Shown: positions 49,281-58,586, counted from the stretch's first letter. The stretch is 64,000 nt of DNA from Chryseobacterium gleum (GCA_945903645.1 CAMDOM010000013.1:485-64484); one strand, 5' to 3'. Notes: generated by a model from the sequence alone, not told the origin. Made by a program: numbers and translations.

Positions 49281-49630
49281 GCTGCTAATGTTATTTTAAT
49301 GTTAACCGACTGCAAATTAAAGCAACTCTTGCGGTGTAGGTATGTTAAGTTTTTGTGGTAGAAATAAGAGGAGTATGCCTCTAAACTTGATGTACTTTCG
49401 AGTTATACGAATCCGAATAGGCGGTACTAGGTTTTTGAATTTTAACCTAATCCAATCGAATAGCTTTCTAAAGCGTTTAGGAATGATTAGTTACCTGATA
49501 ATCAATTGTTAAAAACAAAGATGTAAGTCTGGGCTTCCCGTTTTTGAAAAAGGAGTTAGTGCTGGGCAAAGGCCCCGCTGCATATATCCAGAAGATTACT
49601 AAGCAAAACAAAAAAGTTAGGACATACAGC

Positions 49631-49834
49631 CTAAGCCAATAGCCACGCCAGCAGCACTACGCAGCCCTTGGTGGTGCGGTTATATACCCTATTGTAGGCT
49701 GCTTTTTTGGGGTTAGTAAGCCAGCCCATGCCGCGTGGGGCTTTTATGCCAAGGTTGTGGCGCACTATGCGTTTTAACGAAGTGCGCGCTGCGATGCGCT
49801 TGTTAAGGCTGGGTTTGCGAAATCCGAATTTCAT
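49631..49834 (-). CDS. small basic protein with C-terminal hydrophobic tail (hypothetical)
   Basis: MKFGFRKPSLNKRIAARTSLKRIVRHNLGIKAPRGMGWLTNPKKAAYNRVYNRTTKGCVVLLAWLLA; ATG/TGA 2-nt overlap with the upstream GNAT gene suggests translational coupling. Confidence 0.35.
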   Translation of the reverse strand: MKFGFRKPSLNKRIAARTSLKRIVRHNLGIKAPRGMGWLTNPKKAAYNRVYNRTTKGCVVLLAWLLA

Positions 49835-50337
49835 GGGCTGGGAGGCAAGGTGAGTTGCATAAACTGCAAATCCAGCCATCGGTCGAATTTGAAGCCCACT
49901 TCTTTCATCAGCCCTACTTCTACAAATCCAAATTTGCGATGAAACGCAATGCTGTGGGCGTTTGTAGCATCTATGCCCGCCATCATGGTGTGCAAACCTT
50001 GGGCCTTGGCTTGGGCAATAAGGGCGTGCAACATGGCCGAACCAATGCCCTTGCCTTGGGCCGCATCATTTATATATATAGAATGCTCCACGCAAAAGCG
50101 ATAGCCTTCTTTGGGGCGAAATATGCCATAGGTGCCATAGCCCATCACGCCACTGTTGACCTTGGCTACCAGCACGGGCATGGTATCGTTTTGCTTGGCG
50201 GAAAACCATAGCTCCAGTTGTTCCATTGTCCAAGGCGTGTAGGAATAAATAGCGGTGGAGGTAAGGATGTTGTGGTTTAGTATGGCCAATATGCCCGCAA
50301 GGTCGCTGGCTGTGGCTGGGCAGATGGTTGGGTTCAT
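49831..50337 (-). CDS. GNAT N-acetyltransferase, phosphinothricin/methionine-sulfoximine acetyltransferase-like
   Basis: 168 aa; PAT-like N-terminus (ATASDLAGILAILNHNILTSTAIYSYTPWTMEQ), acetyl-CoA site QGKGIGSAMLHALIAQAK. Confidence 0.75.
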   Translation of the reverse strand: MNPTICPATASDLAGILAILNHNILTSTAIYSYTPWTMEQLELWFSAKQNDTMPVLVAKVNSGVMGYGTYGIFRPKEGYRFCVEHSIYINDAAQGKGIGSAMLHALIAQAKAQGLHTMMAGIDATNAHSIAFHRKFGFVEVGLMKEVGFKFDRWLDLQFMQLTLPPSP

Positions 50338-50356
50338 GGGCGAAAGATGTGATTAT

Positions 50357-51562
50357 TTATCCCACCACACACACAAACAACCCCTGTGTTTTATCGCCAA
50401 AAAGATGGAATAACGATGCGAAGCGCACCGTGCCCACCACATAGTTGAAACTGGGCGAGCGGTATTCTTCTTCGATGCTTATAATATCTATGGCATCGAG
50501 ATGGGCGCGGTTGACATAGCGCACATACACCTTTAGCTCGAAGTCGGTATCGAGCTGGGTTTCGGGGCTGTGGCTGCCGTTTTTGAGGGCTTTGCGCAGC
50601 TTTTTGTGTTCGTATTTGTAACCGTATGTCAGGGCCGATATGTCCGAAAGCACCGCGCTGCCAGTGGGGTAGGAGCCTGCACCCTTGCCAGCCAAGGTTT
50701 GACGGTCGCTGTAGGCGCCTTCCACTTCCACGGCATTGTATTCGTCCATAATGTTGTAGAGGGTGCGGCCGCGTTCCACAAAATGGGGCAACACGTAGGC
50801 CCGCACTTTGTCGCCCTGCTTGTGCGCTTTGGCCACTAGCTTGATGCGGCTATCGCGCTGGCGGGCATAGCGAATATCATCAAACGTTACGTTTTGAATG
50901 CCCAAGTTGAGGATTTGCTCTGGTTTTAGCACCAAACCAAAGGCATGCACAGTGAGCAACAGCAGCTTGTATTTGCTGTCGTAGCCCGCCACATCTAGCC
51001 AAGGATCGGTTTCGGCAAAGCCTTTATCTTTAGCAAGATTAAGCGCTTCGGGGTAGCCGAGGTTGTCGCGCTCCATGCGGGTAAGAATGTAGTTGCTTGA
51101 GCCGTTGACTATGCCTTCCACGCTATCCAGCAGTTCGTTGTCGTAGTATTCCTCCAAGTTGCGAATGATCGGGATGCTGCCACCAGCCGAACCTTCGTAC
51201 AGCAATGCCACGCCATATTTTAAAGATAAGTGATAGAGTTCTTCAAAGTGCTCGGCCAGCATTTTTTTGTTGGCAGTCACCACATTCACCCCTTTGCGAA
51301 TGGCGGTACTCACTATGCGATAGGCCTCATCTGCATCGTCAATCAATTCCACCACCACGTCAAGGTTGTCGCGCTTTAGAATGTCTTCCTTATCGTAGGT
51401 AAACATTTCCATGGGCAGTCTGCGCTGCTTATGGCGGTCTTTTACGCATATTTTGGCAATGGTAGCTTCGAGCACCTGCGAGTGGTTCAGCACATCATAG
51501 AGCCCTTGGCCCACACAGCCAAAGCCAAACAGGCCGATTGTTATTTTCTTTTGGTCAGACAT
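50357..51562 (-). CDS. hom: homoserine dehydrogenase
   Basis: N-terminal NAD(P) Rossmann IGLFGFGCVGQG; catalytic region GKGAGSYPTGSAVLSDI; C-terminal ACT-like domain. Confidence 0.85.
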   Translation of the reverse strand: MSDQKKITIGLFGFGCVGQGLYDVLNHSQVLEATIAKICVKDRHKQRRLPMEMFTYDKEDILKRDNLDVVVELIDDADEAYRIVSTAIRKGVNVVTANKKMLAEHFEELYHLSLKYGVALLYEGSAGGSIPIIRNLEEYYDNELLDSVEGIVNGSSNYILTRMERDNLGYPEALNLAKDKGFAETDPWLDVAGYDSKYKLLLLTVHAFGLVLKPEQILNLGIQNVTFDDIRYARQRDSRIKLVAKAHKQGDKVRAYVLPHFVERGRTLYNIMDEYNAVEVEGAYSDRQTLAGKGAGSYPTGSAVLSDISALTYGYKYEHKKLRKALKNGSHSPETQLDTDFELKVYVRYVNRAHLDAIDIISIEEEYRSPSFNYVVGTVRFASLFHLFGDKTQGLFVCVVG

Positions 51563-51903
51563 TGGAAGAGGAGTAAGGAGTAAGTCACGTAATGGATGTG
51601 GATGTCTTGCCGCGTGGTGGCGTGCAGGGTTCCGCTGGCAAATTCGTCCGATAGGTCCGCAATGGTCATCAACTGGTCAGGGTTGATACGCCCGAACGGG
51701 ATTTTGACGCACACCATCTACACGCCTTGCTACCGCTGGCCATAGACCCCGTGTGCCAACCGCAGACTACGGAATTTCTCCTCGTTCACCGTGCCCTCGC
51801 GGAACTGTCGAATTTTCTTATCTAGATTGATGATGTCCTTAGCCACAATGGCCTGTTTTCCTGTTAGGTCGGGATTTTCGAGTTCGGTACGGAAGCTTTG
51901 CAT
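51556..51903 (-). pseudogene. N-terminal remnant of a sulfite/nitrite reductase (NIR_SIR ferredoxin-like half-domain) with two in-frame TAG codons, truncated against hom
   Basis: Own minus-strand translation from ATG 51903: MQSFRTELENPDLTGKQAIVAKDIINLDKKIRQFREGTVNEEKFRSLRLAHGVYGQR*QGV*MVCVKIPFGRINPDQLMTIADLSDEFASGTLHATTRQDIHIHYVTYSSSNV*. The LRLAHGVYxQR..G.YMVRVKIPgG...L......FA.G.LHlTtRQ pattern is characteristic of siroheme sulfite/nitrite reductases. The fragment ends 7 nt inside the hom start. Confidence 0.45.
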
Positions 51904-52514
51904 TGTAATAAGTTTAAAGCGTTAGTCGTAAGTCAAAATTCAATCAATAAAAAAAGCCTCCCAGTTTCCTGAAAGGCTAGCATCGCACAAGAGTTATGTT
52001 ACGCTTTAGCCTTTCAGTATAGCATACAACAGGTACAGCACTTTGAGTGACATGCAATTGAAGTAGCAAATGAAATGGTGAAGGCGTTCATGGCTGCAAA
52101 TATATGCTTTATGTGATTTTCATCGCATTGAATAAAAATTTAATTTGCTACTCCTTATCTTTCCAAAAGGTGATTCCAGCTGCATGAGACTGCACTAATG
52201 ATGGCCAGGTCGAACTTCTAGGTCAAACGTCAGTTCGCTAATATTATCCTTTTGTTAGCTCAGGTATACTGCCTTGAGCTTGAAATCCCTGTCATGTTTT
52301 CTTCTTGTTTCTGATATGTAATTTTAGGTTAAACCGCTTTACTAAAACTTCAATTACTATCTAATCAAGGTTAGCAGGTACAGTTGCAAGTCCACTTTAG
52401 TCGGTTTCTTCGGTCATATTTCACTGTCAATGAAACTGTATTTTGGTTTAGGAGAAGCACTGTTCTGTTTTACGCTTTAGGTTTGCAGTGTTCAAACTAA
52501 CTTCGTTTACACCC

Positions 52515-53462
52515 ATGACTTTTGCCCGTAAAGCCCTGCTTGCGCTTGTACTTATTCCCATCGTTTCGCTTGGTATGTATGCCATGTTTCGCCAAGACCT
52601 CACCTTGTCGAAGGCCGAGGTGAAGGCTACCTACAGGCTTCCCAACTCGCATTTCCTTAGCTGGAAAGGGGGCGAATTGCATTACACCGAGAGTGGCGCA
52701 GGCATGCCCGTGCTTATGATTCATGGCTTTGGGGGCAGCAACCGCGATTTTGTGGCGCTCGATTCGCTCATCCAGTCCAACTATCGTATCATACGAGTAG
52801 ACTTGCCTGGGTTTGGGTTGTCGGACTATCCGTTTTCCTATACCTCCGACACCACATTGATGGAAGCCCATACGGCTTATTTCAATTTTTTACTCGATAC
52901 GCTACACATCGACTCGTGCTATGTGATGGGCAATTCTATGGGTGGACTTATGGCGATGGCGCTAGCGCTGCAACATCCAGATGTAGTGCGCAAATTGGTG
53001 TTGTTTAACAGTGCGGGCTATGATATGGAAGAGGTGAAAAAGAGCGCCAATGCCGATTTTTTCACCCTTTGGCCGGTGCGGAAGTTCTCCGAAAGAGGAT
53101 TGCCCGAGTTTATGACCGCCAAAGGCATAGAGCGGGTGCCTTACGACAAAACTATGGTGACCCCAGAGAAGATAACCCGTGTGAATAGCCTATGGAACCG
53201 CGAAGGCAATTTGCGCCACATTGTAGAAATGGCCAATGCTACCGATGTGTTTGACCAAAATAGGATTGCTGAAATTGCTTGTCCAACGATGATTGTGTGG
53301 GGCAAACAAGATAAGATTGTGAATGTGAAGTATGCCGAGCGTTTTCATCAGGATATTAAAGGCAGCCAATTGGTGGTTTATGACAAATGCGGTCATGTGC
53401 CCATGATGGAGAAGCCCGAGGAAGTGAAACGCGATGTGTTGCAGTTTTTAACGGCCAACTAA
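52515..53462 (+). CDS. alpha/beta-fold hydrolase
   Basis: Start MTFARKALLALVLIPIVSLGMYAMF (TM/signal); HGFGGS oxyanion region; GNSMGG nucleophile elbow; C-terminal His (GHVPMMEKP). Confidence 0.75.
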   Translation: MTFARKALLALVLIPIVSLGMYAMFRQDLTLSKAEVKATYRLPNSHFLSWKGGELHYTESGAGMPVLMIHGFGGSNRDFVALDSLIQSNYRIIRVDLPGFGLSDYPFSYTSDTTLMEAHTAYFNFLLDTLHIDSCYVMGNSMGGLMAMALALQHPDVVRKLVLFNSAGYDMEEVKKSANADFFTLWPVRKFSERGLPEFMTAKGIERVPYDKTMVTPEKITRVNSLWNREGNLRHIVEMANATDVFDQNRIAEIACPTMIVWGKQDKIVNVKYAERFHQDIKGSQLVVYDKCGHVPMMEKPEEVKRDVLQFLTAN

Positions 53463-53589
53463 AGCTCACCGTTTGAGTTCGAGAAAAGAAACGAAATCTT
53501 CTATCTAATTATCTCGCTTAAAGTCTATTGCAATAGCTACCGAGCAGAACCATAAAAGACATCTTATTGCCACAGAAGCACAGATTTTC

Positions 53590-53830
53590 ACAGACAATAG
53601 ACACAGATTTTATTGCGTTTCGCAATGAGCTCCGTTATTGCGTTCCGCAATGATTCCGAGACTTCGCAACTCGTTGGTCGGTTTGGTCGGTTCAGTGAAA
53701 TTACTGCGTTCCGCAATGAACTCCCGTTGGTCGGTTCAGTGAAGTTCTGTGTTTCTTTGACTGTCACCCTGTTTTCCGCTCGCGCGAGGTTCTGCCTCGT
53801 GCAGAGTATTCCGAACCGTTCACGGTTCAA
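53590..53830. repeat. repeat cluster R9: inverted copies of the R7/R8 modules with internal tandem duplication and several hairpins
   Basis: aatgagctccgttattgcgttccgcaatga ... gttggtcggtttggtcggttcagtgaa is the reverse complement of ttcactgaaccgaccaaaccgaccaac..cattgcggaacgcaataacggagctc in R7 (44980-45040). attgcgttccgcaatga occurs three times; palindromes ctcgcgcgag and gaaccgttcacggttc. Confidence 0.5.
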
Positions 53831-53897
53831 TACTTAGGTCAGCATGACTTTCTAAAATTTTCGCCATGTTTGTCGCACAACCATAACCCACCATCGC

Positions 53898-54233
53898 ATG
53901 TCGCTTACTGCCAAAGAACTCATCCAAGCTCTACCATCCCGCTTAAAAGTAGACAAGGCCAAAAAGGGAAACCACACAGCACACGTTCATTTCATATTTA
54001 CGGGAGATGGCGCCTGCGAACTCACCGCAGTGTTGGCAAATGGCGTATGTACCGTTACGGATGGATTGCAAGGCACACCAGATAGTGTGGTAACCGCCAA
54101 AGCAAAGGATTGGGCAGATTTAGAGCTGGGACGAATAAACGCAGCCACCGCCTTTCTTTTTGGCAAGATAAAAGTGTCGAAATCGAGTATGATGATGACG
54201 TTTATCGACTTGTTTGAGCGGGCGAAGGAGTAG
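53898..54233 (+). CDS. SCP2 (sterol-carrier-protein-2-like) domain protein
   Basis: 111 aa; pattern ...A.V.F.F.G.....T.....G.C.V..G.......V.......W..L..G..N...AFL.GK.KV.GS similar to SCP2/alkyl-sulfatase C-terminal domains. Confidence 0.65.
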   Translation: MSLTAKELIQALPSRLKVDKAKKGNHTAHVHFIFTGDGACELTAVLANGVCTVTDGLQGTPDSVVTAKAKDWADLELGRINAATAFLFGKIKVSKSSMMMTFIDLFERAKE

Positions 54234-54432
54234 CGTATAAGGTTGGTTTAGCATGGAACCAAATTTGAGAGAGCTAGAATTGAGCTGTTATCTCGAAAGC
54301 GTTACATCTCTGATTGATAACTTCTTCTAAAGTTTCCAAACAGCTATAACGTATTATTGCTTTGAAATTGGATGTAGTTAAAGCACCAATCATATTTACG
54401 TATGACGTTCGTCAGTATTTTCATCTTCATCA

Positions 54433-56847
54433 ATGGGAATTTTGCGCCACGTTCCAATGGAAACCCCACACACATTGACCGCCTGCTATCATTGCGGTGA
54501 GGACTGCAAGGAAGAGGTTATTCCTTTAAAAGGCAAAGAGTTTTGCTGCGAGGGCTGCAAAACAGTATTCGACCTCCTGGATCAGAATGGCATGTGCGCC
54601 TACTACGATATGGAAGGTAGTCCGGGTGCGCAAATGCTTAAGTCAGAAATTGGCAATCGCTTCGTCTTTCTCGACTTAGAAGATATTCGCACGCACCTGG
54701 TTGATTTCTCCGATGGGCGGATGACCAAACTCACGCTGTTTGTACCCAATATTCATTGCAGCAGCTGCATTTGGCTGTTGGAACATTTGGACCATTTGCA
54801 CTCAGGCGTGGTTTCTTCGCAAGTCAATTTCCTCAAGAAATCTGTGACAGTAAATTTCCATCACGATGCGATTTCATTGCGTCAGGTGGTTGAATTACTC
54901 ACTTCCATAGGATATGAACCCTATCTCTCGCTCAAGGATTTAAGCAAGAAGAGTGAATCGAACTACAACCGCGATTTGATTACGCGATTGGCCGTGGCAG
55001 GCTTTGCGTTTGGCAATATCATGTTGCTCAGTCTTCCCGATTATCTCTCGTTTGGCACAGATGTAGAAACCTCGTATCAAACCATATTTAACTGGATAAA
55101 CTTAGGCTTGGGCACGTTGGTGTTTGCCTATCCCGCGGGGTTATTCCTCAAATCGGCCTACAAAGCCATCACGCACAAAACAGTAAATATTGATGTGCCT
55201 TTGGCCTTAGGCATTTTTGCGTTGTATGGGCGAAGTGTGGCAGAAATTGCATCTGGGGCAGGAGTGGGGTACATGGATAGTTTGGCTGGACTCATCTTTT
55301 TCTTGTTGATAGGAAGATGGTATCAGGATAGAACCTACAAGGCCTTATCGTTCGACCGCGATTTTAGTGCCTATTTCCCCATGGCGGTAACGCGTGTAAA
55401 AAATGGAGTGGAGGAGAGCGTGGCGCTGCAAAACATTAAGAAAGGCGATGAACTCATCATTCTGTCCAATGGCTTGATACCCGCAGATGCCGTGCTAGTT
55501 AGCGAACATGCAAGCATTGATTACAGCTTTGTTACCGGAGAATCGGAACCCATTAGCAAGCACAAAAATGATGCACTGTTTGCCGGTGGACGCCAAGTGG
55601 GGGGTGCTGTGCATGTGGTGCTCACCAAAGAGGTTTCGCAGAGTTATTTAACAAGTTTGTGGGACCAAGATGTGTTTAAGAAAGAGCGTAAATCGCTGGT
55701 ATCACTTATGGACAATGTGGCCAGACGGTTCACCATTTCTATCTTGATTATCGCCACAATAGCAGCAGGTGCATGGTTGTTTATAGATGCTTCGCGAGCA
55801 GTTGATGTGTTTACTGCGGTGCTCATCATTTCGTGCCCTTGCGCATTGGCGCTCACCATGCCGTTTGCGCTAGGCAATGGCATTCGCATATTGGGGCGCA
55901 ATGGCCTTTTTCTTAAAGATTCAACCATTATCGAACGGTTGGCTAGTATCACCACTATTATATTCGATAAAACAGGCACATTAACTACCTCCGAACGCCC
56001 CGAAGTGCAGTTTTCAGGCGAATTGACCCCAGATGAAGCAGCCATGGTGCATGCCCTTGCGGCCAATAGCTCGCATCCTTTAAGTAGGGCTTTGTCGCAA
56101 CACCTGAAAGGGCTGAATTATAGCGTCAATCAGTTTGAAGAAGTGGCCAATAAAGGGCTGCAAGCCGTTGTAAAAGGAATTCCATTGCGCATAGGTTCGG
56201 CAGAGTGGGTGGGAAGTGCCTTGCCAGTAGCGGAAACCCACGGTTCGTTGGTCTACGTGCAAATTGCAAATCAGGTGAAAGGCTATTTCAGTATTCGCAA
56301 GCAATACAGAATTGGATTGGAGGAAATGTTTGCCAAACTGAGCCCCAAGTTTGGATTGCAAGTGCTTTCTGGAGATAATGACCGCGAGCGCAACTTCTTG
56401 GCAAAAACCTACGGTGTAAGCGACTTGTTTTTTGCCCAATCGCCCTTCGATAAGCTGCATCATGTGAAACACCAACAAGACCAAGGGAAACAAGTATTGA
56501 TGGTAGGTGATGGACTCAACGATGCTGGTGCACTAAAACAAGCAGATATTGGATTTTCTGTGGTAGAAGATGTGCATGGTTTTTCTCCTTCGTGTGATGG
56601 AATTCTCGAAGCCGATGCGCTTGCTGCCTTGCCAAGACTCATGCAATTTTCTAAAGCGTGTATTCGTATAGTGAAATGGAGTTTTGTGGTGTCGTTTCTT
56701 TATAATTTCGTAGGTGTTTCGATGGCAGTTCAAGGACTCATTTCTCCACTGTTTGCGGCTATTCTCATGCCTTTAAGCAGTATTACGATAATCGCTTTTA
56801 GCACCCTTGGCACTGGGTGGATGGCCCACCGCAACGGCTTCAAATAA
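54433..56847 (+). CDS. heavy-metal (copper) translocating P1B-type ATPase, FixI/CcoI-like
   Basis: N-terminal Cys-rich module CYHCGEDC...CCEGCKTVFDLL typical of CcoI/FixI; CPC motif (SCPCAL), DKTGTLT phosphorylation site, GDGLNDAGAL hinge. Confidence 0.88.
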   Translation: MGILRHVPMETPHTLTACYHCGEDCKEEVIPLKGKEFCCEGCKTVFDLLDQNGMCAYYDMEGSPGAQMLKSEIGNRFVFLDLEDIRTHLVDFSDGRMTKLTLFVPNIHCSSCIWLLEHLDHLHSGVVSSQVNFLKKSVTVNFHHDAISLRQVVELLTSIGYEPYLSLKDLSKKSESNYNRDLITRLAVAGFAFGNIMLLSLPDYLSFGTDVETSYQTIFNWINLGLGTLVFAYPAGLFLKSAYKAITHKTVNIDVPLALGIFALYGRSVAEIASGAGVGYMDSLAGLIFFLLIGRWYQDRTYKALSFDRDFSAYFPMAVTRVKNGVEESVALQNIKKGDELIILSNGLIPADAVLVSEHASIDYSFVTGESEPISKHKNDALFAGGRQVGGAVHVVLTKEVSQSYLTSLWDQDVFKKERKSLVSLMDNVARRFTISILIIATIAAGAWLFIDASRAVDVFTAVLIISCPCALALTMPFALGNGIRILGRNGLFLKDSTIIERLASITTIIFDKTGTLTTSERPEVQFSGELTPDEAAMVHALAANSSHPLSRALSQHLKGLNYSVNQFEEVANKGLQAVVKGIPLRIGSAEWVGSALPVAETHGSLVYVQIANQVKGYFSIRKQYRIGLEEMFAKLSPKFGLQVLSGDNDRERNFLAKTYGVSDLFFAQSPFDKLHHVKHQQDQGKQVLMVGDGLNDAGALKQADIGFSVVEDVHGFSPSCDGILEADALAALPRLMQFSKACIRIVKWSFVVSFLYNFVGVSMAVQGLISPLFAAILMPLSSITIIAFSTLGTGWMAHRNGFK

Positions 56848-56930
56848 TTGCAACAGGTTGTACATATTGCGAAATAAATTACGCGAAACACCTATTGCAT
56901 TGAAAAAATGCCTAATTATGAGTCGAAGTT

Positions 56931-58565
56931 TTGCTCATGAAGAAACCATTACTAGCCATTTGTATAGTGTTTTGTATGACGAGTGTGGGCATAGCTCAGG
57001 ATTTTACCTTGCAGCCCGTTCGCACATTCTACGGACACGAATATGGCGTGAAAAAGGCAGTGTTTGCCCCTAACGGGAAAACCTTTGCTAGCGGTGGTAC
57101 GCGTGGTGAGCTGATGGTTTGGAATGTCGAAACCGGAGAGGTCAAGCAGCGCATGGAAGGGCACTACAGCTCCATTACCGATTTGCGCTACACCAAAGAT
57201 GGAAAGTTCATTATCACCGCAGCCAACGATGGACACGTAAAGGTTTGGGATGCTGCTACGGGTAAAATGGTGCGTAAATTCAATACGGCCGAGAATGTAG
57301 CTTCCGTAAAAAACACGCATTTCGCATTGCTTTCAGAAGATGGGCAAGTGGTTTATTTTGGTGGAGACGACCGCAGACTGCAAATTGGTTTGGTGGGTAG
57401 CGATGAGCCTTGCAGAACGCTCTACACCGACAAAAAAGACCCCATTCGCTGTGCTGCCTTAAGTCCAAACGGAAGGGAAATCATATTTGCAGCAGGGCAA
57501 TACCTGATTGTATTTGATTTGGCTACCAACAAATTGGCTCGCGAATACAATACGGGAACTTGCGATATCAACGCATTGCAGTTTTCTGAAGATGGCAAGA
57601 TATTGCTTTCGTGGTGCGCCAATGCTAGGGTAGACATACGCAATGCACAAACGTTTTTGCTCAAAACCAGTTTTAGGGCAGGCACTGGTGGACGTAAATT
57701 CAGCAACATCTCACTCTCAGATGATCAGAAATATGTGATTACAGGCGACCACGCTTCTCGGTTCAATATGTGGGACCTATCCGCCAAGCGATTAGTGATG
57801 GACGAAGGTGCGGATCAAGGCACTATCCAAGATTTTGATGTGGAAACAAGTCTTAACTATGTGCTTTCAGCTAGCTTAGATAAAACCATCAAGCTGTGGA
57901 AGATAACGGAGAAAATCATAGAAGAAGAACCTAAGAAAAAAGCCAAAGATTCTCCAGTCGTTGAGCCTGCGCCACAGGTGGTTATCTTAACGCAGGACGA
58001 AACGCAGGATGATTTAACACCGATGGAAACCCGCGAACCTGAGGCGCCAACTCAGGTAGTTAAAGTTGCACCAGTTCCAGTTCCTGCGGTTGTAGCAAGT
58101 GTTCCCGCAGAAACTCCGAAGGAAGTGCAGGAGCAGAAAGTGGAGGCATCTGCATCACCAACCCCAACCGCCAGTGCAAAAGGCGATAGCATAAGCGTAA
58201 TTCCAGACAGGCTTAATGGCCGAAGCATTCGCCCTCTAAGAAGTGATCACCGGTTGAATTTACTTTCGCACAATCTAACGTTTCAAATATGGGATGCGCA
58301 AATTATTGATGGCGATATTATCTCTATCTACATCAACGATCAAATTATCGTGAAAGAGTACAGCATCATCAACGAACATCTTACCGTGAAATTCAACGCC
58401 AAGGATTTCAAGAAAGCCTACCTCTATTTGCATGCGCACAACGTGGGAAGTATTCCTCCAAACACTGCCACTATGATGATTTCGGATGGTGTGCAAGAAA
58501 TTCAAGTAGAACTTCGGTCGGACCTTACGGGTTCTGCCGCAGTGGAGTTGAATTTTGTGGATTAA
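56931..58565 (+). CDS. secreted WD40/beta-propeller repeat protein with Pro/Ala/Val-rich linker and unassigned ~130-aa C-terminal domain
   Basis: Signal peptide MLMKKPLLAICIVFCMTSVGIAQ; repeated GH..(V/I)..(L/V)....DG..(I/F).T...DG..K(V/L)WD WD40 signatures; linker EEEPKKKAKDSPVVEPAPQVV...APVPVPAVVASVPAE. Confidence 0.7.
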   Translation: MLMKKPLLAICIVFCMTSVGIAQDFTLQPVRTFYGHEYGVKKAVFAPNGKTFASGGTRGELMVWNVETGEVKQRMEGHYSSITDLRYTKDGKFIITAANDGHVKVWDAATGKMVRKFNTAENVASVKNTHFALLSEDGQVVYFGGDDRRLQIGLVGSDEPCRTLYTDKKDPIRCAALSPNGREIIFAAGQYLIVFDLATNKLAREYNTGTCDINALQFSEDGKILLSWCANARVDIRNAQTFLLKTSFRAGTGGRKFSNISLSDDQKYVITGDHASRFNMWDLSAKRLVMDEGADQGTIQDFDVETSLNYVLSASLDKTIKLWKITEKIIEEEPKKKAKDSPVVEPAPQVVILTQDETQDDLTPMETREPEAPTQVVKVAPVPVPAVVASVPAETPKEVQEQKVEASASPTPTASAKGDSISVIPDRLNGRSIRPLRSDHRLNLLSHNLTFQIWDAQIIDGDIISIYINDQIIVKEYSIINEHLTVKFNAKDFKKAYLYLHAHNVGSIPPNTATMMISDGVQEIQVELRSDLTGSAAVELNFVD

Positions 58566-58586
58566 GAATTGAATCACACCTAGTTA

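Noticed and set aside
53613-53837. 74-aa ORF MRFAMSSVIAFRNDSETSQLVGRF...
   Set aside because: Lies entirely within repeat cluster R9, and its sequence is the translation of the attgcgttccgcaatga tandem units, so it is unlikely to be coding.
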